Below, one piece after another: positions 52,142 through 64,000 of a stretch of 64,000 nucleotides of DNA; the first letter of the stretch is position 1; the number at the start of each line of letters is the position of its first letter. The stretch is from positions 37,822,001-37,886,000 of the forward strand of contig CM052818.1 of assembly GCA_028534125.1 (NCBI GenBank), written 5' to 3'. The translations under genes were made by a program, and so were the position numbers. Source of the stretch: Lama glama. Lineage: Eukaryota. The notes under the pieces were generated by a model, which had not been told where the DNA came from, made no database searches, and worked only from the letters and a program-made list of their open reading frames with translations.

Positions 52142-52615
52142 TACCAGGGTTCATTTCTTGTGTGTCAACCTGACTGGACCACAGGGAGCCATGTGGTTAC
52201 ACATCACTCTGGGTCTGTCAGTGAGAATGTTTCTAGATGAGATTGATGTTGGAATCTGTAGACTAGGTGGAGCAGATTGCCCTCCTGAATGTGAGTGGGC
52301 CTCATCTAGTCAGTTGAACCCTTGAAAAGAACAGAAAGGCTGACCTCCCGCCAGGAAGACGAAACTCCCAGACTACTGCCTCGAACCGGGACATGAGTTC
52401 TTTCCTGTCCTTGGACTCAGACTGAAACATTGGCTCTTCCTAGTTCTCTGTTACTGCAGTTCTTGGAACTTGTCAACCTCCCTAAGTCATGTGAGCCAAT
52501 TCCGTCTAATAAATATTACCCATCATCTGTCTATCTATCGGTCTACCTACCTTCATCTGTCATCTCTCTGTGTCTCTCCTATCAGTTCTGTTTCTTGTGA
52601 GCCTTGACTGATACA
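52142..52615 (+). mobile_element. MLT2B-like (ERVL) solo LTR
   Basis: tgtgtcaacctgactggacca...gcagattgccctcctgaatgtgagtgggcctcatc...catgtgagccaattcc...aataaa...gactgataca. Probable TSD gtacc (52137-52141) / gttcc (52616-52620). Confidence 0.85.
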
Positions 52616-53769
52616 GTTCCCAAGAAACTCTGTCCTAGGACTGGTCTGTATATTTTGAGAGAGAGGATAATGGTCATGAGGGGGCTGAGGCATGTTTCTC
52701 AGCATCCAGAAGGCTCTTTCCTTCACCTGCTTCTTCTTCGGTTCTCCTCTGTCCTGACCAAGGGTCTTTGTTAATCAGTGTAATGATCTCAAGGATACCT
52801 CTGTTTTTTATCCCCTTCTTTACTCCAACTTCCTCATCATAAAGCTAGGATTTTTTTATATAATCATCAAGACTCTATAACTGGATTCCTGTAGCTGCCC
52901 CAAATCCCTAACATTAAACACAGAATAATGGCATGTGTATCCAGAAATAATCCTGGCGCCAATTTCTGTGCAGACCCAGAAGTCTGCGTTCTTTTCATCC
53001 AGAAGGGCAGAAAAATCCAAACATTTCAACAAACCAAAGAGTGATGTGAGAGAGTATGACTCAGTAAGCATTGAAAGGGGAAGGCAGGAAGACAGGAAGG
53101 GAGGGAGAGAGGAAGAGTGTGCCTGTCTTCCACAAGCCAGTATTTCAGTGACATAGTGTCACTAATATAAATAAGAAATAGGATCCTACTTTCAGGAGTT
53201 TGGAAGCCAGTGAAGGAAGGGAACTTGTGCACAATTAGCTCCAGCATAAAGTAATACTCTTCAGAAACTCTCACAGCCAACTTGCTCACCAGTGTCTAGA
53301 CCACTGCTCGTTTCCATCAAGTGATGCATTTCGAACTTTTCGGCAAAGCCCTTCTCCCCTAATGCAAGTAAATGTCTGACTGTGACTCAAATAGCTTATC
53401 ATTTCCAGTGATAAAGCCAACAATTCCGGAAAACAGCACTGCATTCCAGGTTTGCTAAAAAGACTTGTAGGAAAAAGGCAGAATACTTAAGAAAGGGTGC
53501 TTAGACAGGGCTCCCCTTTGCTCTATGTGTTTAGACATGATGACAAAACACCTAACTCAAGCACTGGTGTCCCAGGAGCTTAGAGAGAATTCAGGCTCTC
53601 TCTTTCTGCGTATCCCTGAGGACCACCAGAATCCAGTATCAATTATCTCCATAAACAAGGATCTATGCAATTAAAATAATTTGCATTTATTAATAGAACT
53701 CCCTTGTGGATAGACATATTTTCCTAGCAGAATTGTCTTTTCTAGTATGTCTAAGTTTAAAATCAAATT

Positions 53770-54000
53770 ATAATGTCTCAAGCACTAGAGTAAGTGCCTT
53801 ACCAATTAATTTTCATTCAGGCTTCACAATCAAACAGTAAGATGAATAATAGTCTCTCTGTTTTATAGATGAGAAAAAAAATGAGGTTTGTGTGTTAAAA
53901 TGAATTACCCAAGGTCATCCATCTGCTAATGAGAAGAACTAGAATTTTATGTCAGATCTCCTGGACTCTGGGTCATGATTTTTGGTATCATGTCACAGAT
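53770..54000 (-). mobile_element. MIR SINE
   Basis: tgttttatagatgagaaaa...attacccaaggtcatccatctgcta. Confidence 0.7.
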
Positions 54001-57000
54001 CCTGAAGTCTTACTCATGAAGCAAAGGACAGCTAAGGGAAGGGTGAGGTGGTAGACAAATCAAGATGAAACAGTCTAGCTCTTTTTTCATTCAATCTTTA
54101 ATTCTTCCATGTGCCCATTCATCAAGTATCTCTTTGTAACAGTCATTGAGCAGGTGGCCACAGACACATATATTAATCATAGTTGATGACTTCAAGTAAC
54201 TCAGAAATGTGTCCTTTGAATCAGTGGCATTTTGCTTTCACAGTTCCCTCTCCTCCCTCTCCTCAATTTCCTTATGGTTCTTCCTGTTCTTTGCCCACTG
54301 GACTGGACCACTTGCCTCCCTTCTCCCCTAATGATTAATCTCCAGGTGGAGTTCAGTCCTCATCTTCTCCAGAAATCCAGCCCTGTGAGCACACCTGCCC
54401 TCCTCAGATACTTAACATGAGATGCAGTCCAGCGATTAACTGTTCTCTAAATATTCCATGTGTTTGATTTTTTTTTCCAGATGGACTATAAGCTTATGGA
54501 CAAAATACCTGTGGATAAAACATTTTCCTCTGTTATTAAAAACACAATGTTGGAGCCGTAAGAAGTAAGAAATTCAGAATAATTTTCAGCTAGGTATGTT
54601 TCTCGAAGTTCAGCCTTACATTACTGGGGCATCACTTAAATTGCCCCCTCCCAAGATTAGTCCTTTGTTCAAAAAATGGATGTCAGTGGCATCTTCCCAG
54701 TTACATGTGTCCTCCCTTACCTCCTGGTAAATATCCAGTCTGCAGTCTTACCCAGTGCCTCCCAATACCAGGTAGAAAGATTCCATTAATTTGCATCCAC
54801 ATTTGTTCCCCATAATAATGAGAATGAACTCTGAAATTCCACTGGAAAACAGGTAGCTAATCATCTAAAGGGTTTTCACGCACGACAACATAATTTTTCG
54901 TTTGGCTTTCCAGAAAATTGCAAAACATGATACCGACACACAAACCTGTCAATGTACATTTGTTTGTTTGTTTGTTTAATTTTGCCAAATGGACTAGGCT
55001 CAACTTTGGAAGAGAATTCCTTTTACTCCATCAGCCAAGGTTTTTTTGTTTTGTTTTGTTTTTTCCGTTGCTAACACTCTGGAACCTTGTTATCTTGAGA
55101 TTTGATGGTGACCTCACAGGTACCTTATTAATAATAAACCAGAGGGGCTCGGCAGAGCTTGGGTTTGGTGTAATAAATCATACTGTAAGTAAGTGCCGTG
55201 TTTGCAGGTTTGGAACTTAGAGGCACATTGTAACCGGATTGAGGGTCTGGCAGGTGGTGAGAGTGGCCGGGGTGGGGACAGGCCTTTCACAGGTCTGACA
55301 TGAGCTTATGGTTATTAATTACTTTTACATTTCACATTGCTAATTGCTGTTATTCCTTCCAGTTACAATGTCATTGAATTTTTAAAAAATGAAGCCTCAA
55401 ATGTCAGGTCCAGATAATACGTTGTGCCTCTGCCCAAGGAGGTATATACACAGTTTAGGTTATTGGAAATGATGGATAATAAGGCAAACTTCAAGGTGAC
55501 TAAGGAGACCCAAGGCAGCAAACATGCAGCATGGGAGATTCAGGGGCTTACAAAGAAGAAGTAGGGTCATGGGAAGTTAACATGTGGCTTTTTTGCTAGT
55601 CAGTTAACCAGCATGCAATTCAATTACTCTGTCTATCAGACAACTCCTTTATGCCACTAAGGAAGGTAACTACTAGCGTAGTTCCAAGCCCATGTGTATT
55701 TAAAACATAACCTATTTTCTCTGCATTCTGTGTCTAGCACCTCGCTAGCGGATGAAGGTGATGGCCTTGGTTTAGCACATTTGCAGTCACATGAACATCG
55801 CTCTTTGGGCCACTTCGCATAGTTCAGTGTTTAGGGTTAGGAAACCCTAACAACTTGGATATGGACTTCCTGAAAAGTCTAAGGGACACACGGATCCTTT
55901 CTGGTGCACACACATAGAAGCATATATGCACTAGAACTTGTGAACAAACTGGAGAGCGGAGGTGGGGCATCCTTGGTCTCGGCTTTGATGGGTCCCCGAA
56001 GAGGGATGCCTGATGCAGGGGCAAGTTGACTGGTGACCCAGCTACCGTGCCACCCACCACAGCAGTGAACGTTCACAATAACGATCCCTGGTTAGTGAGG
56101 GATTAAACCATGTCCTTTCTTAAGAAGGCAGGTAGGTGGATGATTCATTTGTTCAGTTAACACTGTCAACCAGAATAACTCTTTACTATGAAAATGCTTA
56201 TATTTATAATGATGGTTCATCCCTTGGCAGTGAGAGTTGAATAAGGAGCTTCTGTACATGGAAAGCCCACCCATCCGGGGTTCCCTCCGCACTTGCGAAG
56301 CCCAGAGCAAGGAGGGAGCTGTTCTGAGTGTTCCATCACCTCCTCTCCTGCACTTAGAAAGCTCTGCGTAGTCAGTGCTTCACGCATTTTCGAGAAAGAT
56401 CAAATCGCTCCGCATTCTACCAGTAACCCCTTGAGATAGCATCCTTTCCCAACACCCACCTCCTCATCACATGCACTGCCTGGACCTCATGATCATCAGA
56501 GAGGAATTAAATGAATTTAACTGGGAGCGCAGCTGTCACCTGATCATACAGTTCTCTTTTTTAAAGATGAGAAAACAGGGGCCCTGAGAAGGCTAGGGAT
56601 TCCTGCAGGCCCCCATTCAGCCCTGGATTTGGACATGAAAGCGAGTCGAGTGCTCTCAGAATCAGGCTCCACGGAACCACTGGGAATACGGTTCCTTGGG
56701 ATTTAGCAAAGCTGTTGTAACTGCTTTCAGGCAGAAAGCAGCCTGAAAACAACATTATTGACCTCTGTTAGAGAGAAGCCTGCTCATAGATCTAACAGAA
56801 GTTCATGTCTAATGGATGTGTTCTTCAGTGCCTCTCTGTAAGGCAAGATGCCTTTAACAGCATCTTTGAAATTATAGTACTTTGTTCTAGTTTCACAGTA
56901 AATGCTCCGATGGCTGTGTGGGCTCTCTTGGGTTTCTTCTTTCTTTGCTATGCTGTGAAAACACACACTGCATCTACATTGTTATTATCATTGTTGCTAA

Positions 57001-58289
57001 GAAGTAAGAGAGCATGAGTTTCTACCCCGTCATCTGCACGGAGCAGAGGCAGCGAGTCCTGCTGGAGCGTAATAACAATCTCTAAGTAAACCAGTCCTGG
57101 TAAAATCTATCAAAAATGTGGCAATTTACGAAAATATGTCCCTCAAGCCCAGCAAAGTTGTCATCAGGGTGAGTTAGCTGCCAATTAACTTCTACATCGC
57201 GCACAAAGGGCACAGAATTCTAGTGTAAAAATAAAACCAGCTAATGCATAACTACTGTCTACGAACAATGAAACAGAAACAAAAATGAACACAACCACGT
57301 GGTGCTTGGCAAAGTATGTTACCATCTTATGGGATGGTGCGGTTCAGGCTTCTGCCTTAGGGAGATTACTTTCAAAGGAGACAATAATGGAGGATATTTC
57401 TGCACAAATGTGGACTTCAGATTTGAGCCAGTGAGCACTTACTGGGTGTCAAGTACGTTCCAGGCACTGGGTCACAAAAAGCAGGACACTCTGTTAAAAA
57501 AAAAACAACTGTTAGCTGTTACACATACATGTTACAGATTATAATGAGTAAACTGATTCTTCAAACAAATCATTCACTTTTTAGTGAGTATTCAGTTAAT
57601 TAACTTTTGGCAAATTCATCTGTACCCCAGACAAGGTGTGTAGAGGATGTGACGTGTGCCTTTAGAAAGAGAGACGGTGAAATGATCAGGAAAGGAGGTG
57701 CTATTTGTGGTGGCCCTGGAAGGACACGTAAGTTTTTATTATTTCCAGCCAACCTATTAGTATGTTTTTGTTCCGCTTCACTTACTCTGCTGAGTTCTCT
57801 CAAAAACACAGAAATAAACAAAAATAACAACGACTTTGTAACCTGCCTGCTGACCTTGAGCTTACTCATTCTGGTGAGTTCTCCAGCACTTGTCCCTGCA
57901 AAATAGATGGTTACACATCTTTCCAGTCTTTCCACTATCCTGGCATCTTGGAGAGTTTCTTAAAGTTCATGACCGACACTAATACAAGAATTTCATGTCT
58001 TACTCTAGAGCTGATGAGCAGAGGCTGCAGTCACTGAGGGTACAGAATAACTTTCTTCTGTCCCCATTCATCCGCCTAGCTCTGAACCGACCCCTTGCTC
58101 ACTCACCTTGATGGTGACGCGATGTTTTGATGGACATTTTTTGGGAAAGCCACTTTGCAAACCAGCCCATTTACTGTCCAGTTTTACCAGCAAACTTTCC
58201 CTGACCTGCAGGCCTTTGGAAGGAAGGCTCTCTCCTAAAATCTCATCATTCATCTCTCCTACTTCTTTTATGCTTTGGTCATTTTCTTC

Positions 58290-58830
58290 AGTCACATAAT
58301 TCAATAAATATTTATTGACCCTACTGTATTTTAGGTATTATTGTGGAAGCTTTGAAATGACACTGAATTAAGAGAAACAAATATGTTTGCCTTCTTTAAG
58401 GGTACAGTGTATTGTCAGGAGTGACACAACAGGCAACTCTCAGGGACAGTCATAAGTGCTTTGGAGAAAACTAAATTGTAACAAAGAGAATGAGTGCTTG
58501 AGTACCCTGTACTATTAAAGAGGGTGATCAGGGAATGCTTCCTGGAGGAGGCAATATCTGAGCAAAACTCGGAAGAAGGTTTAACTAGACAGCACTTATT
58601 AAGTAGCTGTTGTTTTACTACTCCCTGGGATTGATTGATAAATAAATACATGAATAAGTAAATAAATAAGCTAAGTAAATCTCTTTCTCTCTCTGAGTTC
58701 AATCCTACGTTAGGCAGTGAAAAGCTTAAAGAGGGAAATCTATTTATTATTTTTTATCTTCAGCACCCAGTACAGAGTCAGGCACACAGTGCTGAGAATG
58801 GATGAATAGTTGAAAACATGAGCAAATGAA
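58290..58830. mobile_element. L2 3' ends (minus 58290-58590; plus ~58690-58830)
   Basis: ttcaataaatatttattgacc...gggaatgcttcctggaggagg; cagcacccagtacagagtcaggcacacag...gaatggatgaat. Confidence 0.6.
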
Positions 58831-58879
58831 CGCTCTTCTATATTTTCTATAGCTTTTAAGTCCTAGTTCCCCCCTAAAA

Positions 58880-59258
58880 TAATGGTATGGAAGAGACAGT
58901 CATATAAGTGGGGTATTTCATGGGCTCCTCCATAATTCTGGGCCCTCTTTACAGTTATCAGGGACAGATGATGAGTTTTATCCAATAAAACACAAGCAGA
59001 GGTGACGTATATCACTTCTGAGCCAAAGTATTTAAAAGACAATGCATGACCCTCCAGTTTTCTGTCCCCCTCCCATGGCAAGCTCGAAGACCAAGTGTTG
59101 AAATAGAAATGTCAAAAATACAGTCCCCTGGATCACTGCATGGAGACGAGTCCCATGAGCTAATAGCAGATTTTAGGAGAAAAACTAAATGCCATTTTGT
59201 TAAGTTACTAAGATTTTAGAAATTATTTGTTTCCGTAACATTGTCCAGTCTATTCTTT
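58880..59258 (+). mobile_element. MLT1I/J-like (MaLR) LTR
   Basis: agcagaggtgacgtatatcacttctgagccaaagtatttaa...ttgttaagttactaagattttag...ttgtttccgtaacat. Confidence 0.65.
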
Positions 59259-60359
59259 TTCAAGTGAGAGTGTGAGCATGTGGGGAGTGTTTAATCAGTC
59301 TTTCTAGGCATCAGTTATTAAAGTGTAGCAGAAGTAGGGCTGGGTACACTGCAAGTTCTCTGTAATTACACTGAGAATCTGGTGAGTTGAAAAGTCATAC
59401 TATTGGTGTCAGGTCAGTTCTACGAAGTTAAGGACTTTTCCAAAGATACCCAGTGTAACTTCTGGAGACCCTAAGGTTGAGCTCCCCCAACTAAGTTTCC
59501 TTGAGATTTGAGTTAGTCCGTCCACCCTGGGTTGTTTGGTAGAGGGGGTCAAGGAGCAGCAGCTTTGGGTTGTTAAAAGACCCTCTGGCTCCTCCTAAGG
59601 AACTGGGTGGACACAAAGCACAGGGACACTCCCTGCCCTGGGAGGGCTCACTAGCAGCACACGTGCTGCGGCTGATAGTTTATGCTCATGATTTTAACTA
59701 GACCACTTACCTGCACTGTGACCTCCTGGATAACGGGAACTTTAATCCCCCACGTTCCTCACAGCACCAAGCAAAGAAGGATCAACACATTATTGATAAG
59801 TATATTTGATTGATTCGTTTATTAGCTGGTTGGTTAGTTAGGTAGTTGAAAAGCCATGAAATAAACAAAAGAAAGCAACCCCGGCTGGTTGAGAACACAG
59901 ATTTCCTTTCAAGATCCTTAGATCTCAGAGTTTAAATCTGCAATTCTCAAATCTTAAATCGCCTCGTTAGCTTCCCCTATTCGAGACACTGAAGCCCAAA
60001 CTATCCGTAGGCATACTCATTTGCAAACAAAATAAGCTAACTCTGGATGATTTAAGTAGGAAAGACAGGGAATTAAGAGCCAGAGTCAGGGTTATAAAAC
60101 CAAGAACGTGCCCAAATCACCTGCGGACTTGACGTGGTGAGGACACCATCCCCAGACAGACGCCACACGGGGCACTGAGCACCGCTGTTCACACCACCCA
60201 TACTGCTAACCTTGGGTACCCAAAGCCACCATCAGCATCACTGTCACTGCCGCCCAAGAGACTGTTCTGTCACATTTTCCTCCCGTAGCCTGTTTGACAG
60301 CTCTGTGTGCTTTTTATAGCTAATCTTCTAAGAATAATACCCTCCACTTACTGGGCTCG

Positions 60360-61560
60360 TTTGCTTACCTCACTGTCACTTTGCATCTCAAAGCTACTGG
60401 CTTCTGTCTTCACTCATTCTGCTCTTTGGCTACAGTCTCAGTGATGTTCTAATCGGTAAATGCAATGAATACTTTATCCAACTAAACTCTGATTGATTTA
60501 ATGCTCTTGATTATTCCCATTTTTATCAGCATCTATTTTCATGCTCAAGTTTAAGTGCTAGTGTCCCAAGAGTTGAATCCCCAGTCCACAGGCCTGTGTA
60601 CTATACAATCCCCAGGGATCCCGTCGATTCTTACGACTTTAATACCGCCTACGTAATAATGACACCTATATGAATATTTCTAGCCCTAACTTGTCTTCTG
60701 AGCTTCATACTTGTGTGTGTGTGTGTGTGTGTGTAGATTTCTGGTAATCATCTCTAATTGGATATATCACAGGAACTTTAAAATGAACGTATTTTAAATT
60801 CAACTCTCCATGCAACCCCAAACGTGATTTTCTTTTTGTGTTCATGACACCATTATTCACCTAAGCTCCCAGCCAGAAGCCTGGTGGTCATCCTTTAATT
60901 TTTTATCTTGCTCATACCCAAAATGAAATCGAACAAATATCATGTATTGTAACTTTGTATGTTTTCCTGAGTTTGTTCAGTGATAACTAATAACCTCTCA
61001 GTATACACTTTTGCTTGAATTTTCTATTACTTGGGACATAGTCTCTAGTCTAAACAGTCAACTCTGGCTGTAGGTTGAGTATCTTTCCTCCCACCTCCCT
61101 TTGTTTCAATTCTTGACATTTTCTTTACCCAGTTGCCAAGATGAAATCATTAAAAATGAAGTCCCATAATGTTTCTCTCTCACTTGTATAACCATTCAGT
61201 GATGCCTGTCTCTTCAGGCACTTACATATGCCACATCTTCTCCCATTGCACTCCAATGATATGGAACCAGTATAGACGCCCGCACACTTCGTGTGGTCTC
61301 GACACCATGGTTGCGCTGCTCAGATGCCTTTAATGGCCTTCTCTTTGATGTACACTCTTCCTAACCTAACAAACCGCTATTCTACTTTCAAGACATAGCT
61401 CAGGTAGTACTTCCTCCACGAAGCCTTCCTGGAATGCCCCAAAGTGAGTAGATACTTGTCTTTGTTTAATTGTGTCACCCTGTGTGAATCATCTGATTAC
61501 ACTCTATTTAAAATACTCACCAGTGTCCACCACCTATTAACTCACTAAGGACGAAGAAGT
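60360..61560 (+). mobile_element. L2 LINE (long fragment) containing (TG)n at ~60713-60735
   Basis: L2-like motifs: atatttctagccctaacttgtcttctgagcttca; ccagccagaagcctggtggtcatcctt; cttcctccacgaagccttcctgg. Confidence 0.7.
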
Positions 61561-62033
61561 TGTCCAAAGATATTACAACCCCATATCCTAATGAAAGATC
61601 ATCTTTTAATTTTTATCTTTTCAGAAAATGTATATTGAGCACTTCTTATGTCCTGTGGCTTGTGAACATGGAAGCCAGTGGCTAGGAGAAGGTCAAAGAG
61701 GAGGCTCCAGGCAACCCTTGAGTTTGGGCTGTTTGTACATTTTCCTGAATAGGTACCTGATACAAATGAGAACTGTGAGTTAGAATTTCCATGCCTCTCA
61801 TAAATGCATCACAATAAAAAAAAAGCACACAAATTAACAAATAAAATAGAACAGGACACAGGGTTTGGGGGACCCAGGGGCCCTGTTAATGTGGATATCT
61901 TAGGGTGCTCTATATTCATCTTCATTGTCACATCTACTTACTCTTTTCACTCACTTCATTCTTAGCTCTTGCTGTCAAGTCTTTTTTCCTGCATCTTAGT
62001 CCACACATGGAGGAACTTATTATCATAAGATCC

Positions 62034-62412
62034 TATCTGAATCCACTTGGGCTGATAAATAGAATACCTTAGACAGGCTGGCTTATTAACCACTGAAATT
62101 TCATTTTCACAGTTCTGAAGGCTTGAAGTCCAAGATCAAGGTGCCAGCAGATTCAGTGTCTGGTGAGGGCCCACTTCCTGGCTCAGAGGTGACTGTTCTC
62201 TGTCTGTGTGTCCTCACATGGCAGACGGGGTGAGGAAGATCTCTGAGGTCTCTTTCCTAAGGGCACAAATTCCATTCATGAGAGCATCGCCCTCATGACA
62301 TAATAATCAGCTCCCAAGGGTCCATATCCAAATACCATGACACTGGGTATTAGGGTTCAACATAGGAATTTGGGATGGGGGGAGAAAGGACACAAACACT
62401 CAGTCTATGGCA
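62034..62412 (-). mobile_element. MLT1A-type (MaLR) solo LTR with perfect 5-bp TSD
   Basis: aagtccaagatcaaggtgccagcagattcagtgtctggtgagggcccacttcctgg...ggacacaaacactcagtctatggca; TSD gatcc at 62029-62033 and 62413-62417. Confidence 0.9.
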
Positions 62413-62536
62413 GATCCCAAATTTAAATAACCTGAGTTTCAGAAAACCAGAGCAAAATACACTTTTCTTTGATTTTATTTACAGAATCCTGGGGAAGAAC
62501 TTGGGTAAATTATGAGCCAGGTACCTCCTCTAAGCA

Positions 62537-62540
62537 AAAA

Positions 62541-62587
<47 letters not shown>

Positions 62588-62588
62588 A
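62537..62588. repeat. (TAAA)n microsatellite, about 12 units
   Basis: Read directly. Confidence 0.95.
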
Positions 62589-62693
62589 TTTAGGAGGTAG
62601 GGGCAGAAGTAAGTTTTACTCTCATGGCAGGTCAGAGGCAACACTTGGTATTGAATGGGGAGATTTATTTACCAAATTAAGGAGGGAGAGTTG

Positions 62694-62835
62694 TGCTAGC
62701 AGAAAAACTATATTCAATACCTTGTAATAGCCTTTAATGAAGAAGAATATATATGTACCAGCAATTAACACAGCATTGTAAACTGACTATACATCAATAA
62801 AAAATTTTAAAAGAAATAAAATAAATAAATAAGTA
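62694..62835 (+). mobile_element. Lineage-specific L1 3' end with A-rich tail
   Basis: aactatattcaataccttgtaatagcctttaatgaa...cattgtaaactgactatacatcaataaaaa; resembles the reverse complement of the 5566 copy. Confidence 0.75.
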
Positions 62836-62919
62836 AAGGTTAATACTTCAATAACAAAATGTTAAAGAAATGAAAAAATAAATATAATAAAATCAAGGGT
62901 ATAATCCTGCACATATACT

Positions 62920-63130
62920 TCATAGCTTACGAAGTTATTTTTACAAAAGAAATTCACAGCTACTTTCTAATTTATTTCATGCACAACCCTTGTGATTTAA
63001 GGGATATTTTCCTAAATTTACAGAGGAGGAATCTAAGGCTCAGCGAGAATAAGAAACCAAACGGGATTCAAATAGTTAGTAAAGACTAGAGCCAAAGCAT
63101 GAAAAATGGCCTTCATTCTTTAATACAGAT
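62920..63130 (-). mobile_element. MIR SINE
   Basis: tttacagaggaggaatctaaggctcagcgaga. Confidence 0.65.
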
Positions 63131-63623
63131 GCCTTGAAATGTTGATGAACTTGTTGTGTGCATCAACAGTGTTGCAGACATTGATCTGAAAAATGAATGG
63201 TGACTCTCAACATCAGGGCAAAGCGTTCTGCTAGGTGGGACATGGACTGCTGAATGGAGTGCCACTTTCTCTTCTTCTGAAAGAGTGAAATCTTGCTTAG
63301 GGAGGCACTATCGTTGAAATCTTTGCTGCTGTGAAACTGATTTCTCTGTCTGTAACTCGGGTTTAGTCTTGAAGCTAGGCACTCCATGCTTATGACTTTC
63401 ATTGAGACAAGTTGTACCTCGGGGATCTTTCATTTATTGTTTCTTGAGCATTTGCAATGGACAAGGCTGTATGCATGACAGATGGGGGGAGCATGAGACG
63501 GTCACTGCCACCAAACAGTGTACTGTCAGTTGGGCCCGGGATGGATGCGTGTAACTACTTAAAGGTGATGAAGGCCATAAAAGAGGTACAAAAGAAACAC
63601 TATGGGAAAACTGAGAAAGAACA

Positions 63624-64000
63624 TGCTAACCGAAAACAAGAAAACAGCCAGTAATTTTACCAACAAAACAGGTTTATTCTAAAGCAGCAAAAATTGCAAT
63701 TAGGGACATATAACCATGGCGAACCACATGCAAGTTCAGTAAAGATAAGGATAGGATGCTCTTTTATGGAGGAGAGGGTAAGCTGGGAGGGACGGTTATA
63801 CACAAAGAGTCCACTGCAGGAAAGCGGGACTTCCAAGGATAGTGGCTTTTCATTGGCTGAGTTGTGACCATCTCTCACTGGCTGAGCTGTTACCAGAGAG
63901 GAGGAAATCTTTCCCCCTCCTGCTGGTGAAAGTAAAGTCTTGTCACTTCCTGCTGGAAGATGCAAGGTGCGTCTCTTCCTGTTGAGATCTGTATTGTCCA
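63624..64000 (-). mobile_element. Probable ERV1-type LTR (3' part; continues beyond the window)
   Basis: Minus strand ends ...gaataaacctgttttgttggtaaaattactggctgttttcttgttttcggttagCA; AATAAA at 63673-63678; upstream CCAAT-like duplicated motif ttggctgagttgtgacca / ctggctgagctgttacca. Confidence 0.6.

Noticed and set aside
55831..55850. TTAGGGTT-agga-AACCCTAA telomere-like inverted repeat
   Set aside because: Only an 8-bp stem and about one telomeric unit per side; expected by chance and not a fusion signature.
1903..63965. All ORFs in the supplied track, including the 173-aa ORF at 4081-4602 and the 144-aa ORF at 50856-51290
   Set aside because: Short, low-complexity or repeat-derived with no recognisable domains. 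Those resembling real protein (1903, 14251, 18268, 41232) are L1 ORF2 remnants.

Overview
Mammalian (eutherian) genomic DNA with no recognisable protein-coding exon, so intronic or intergenic. The youngest L1 3' ends resemble the camelid/cetartiodactyl type, and I saw no Alu, B1, Bov-tA, PRE or SINEC elements, so a camelid is my tentative guess. The first ~21.7 kb is AT-rich and dominated by retroelement fossils: a decayed class I ERV pol at 1-~1260, a 5'-inverted L1MC, and a nested L1/LTR stack. The rest is MIR/L2/MaLR-rich with islands of unique sequence carrying HOX/PBX/MEIS/FOX/SOX-type motifs and CTCF-like sites, resembling a developmental-gene regulatory landscape. The supplied ORFs appear spurious. 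I found no convincing novel biological system. Best leads: a possible minus-strand spliced transcript near 39.4-40.1 kb, a PBX-HOX motif cluster at 33.6-34.3 kb, an L1 split by host DNA at 31.7-32.3 kb, and the ERV fossil. Repeat names come from remembered consensus sequences, not a database search, and boundaries are approximate unless a TSD is given.
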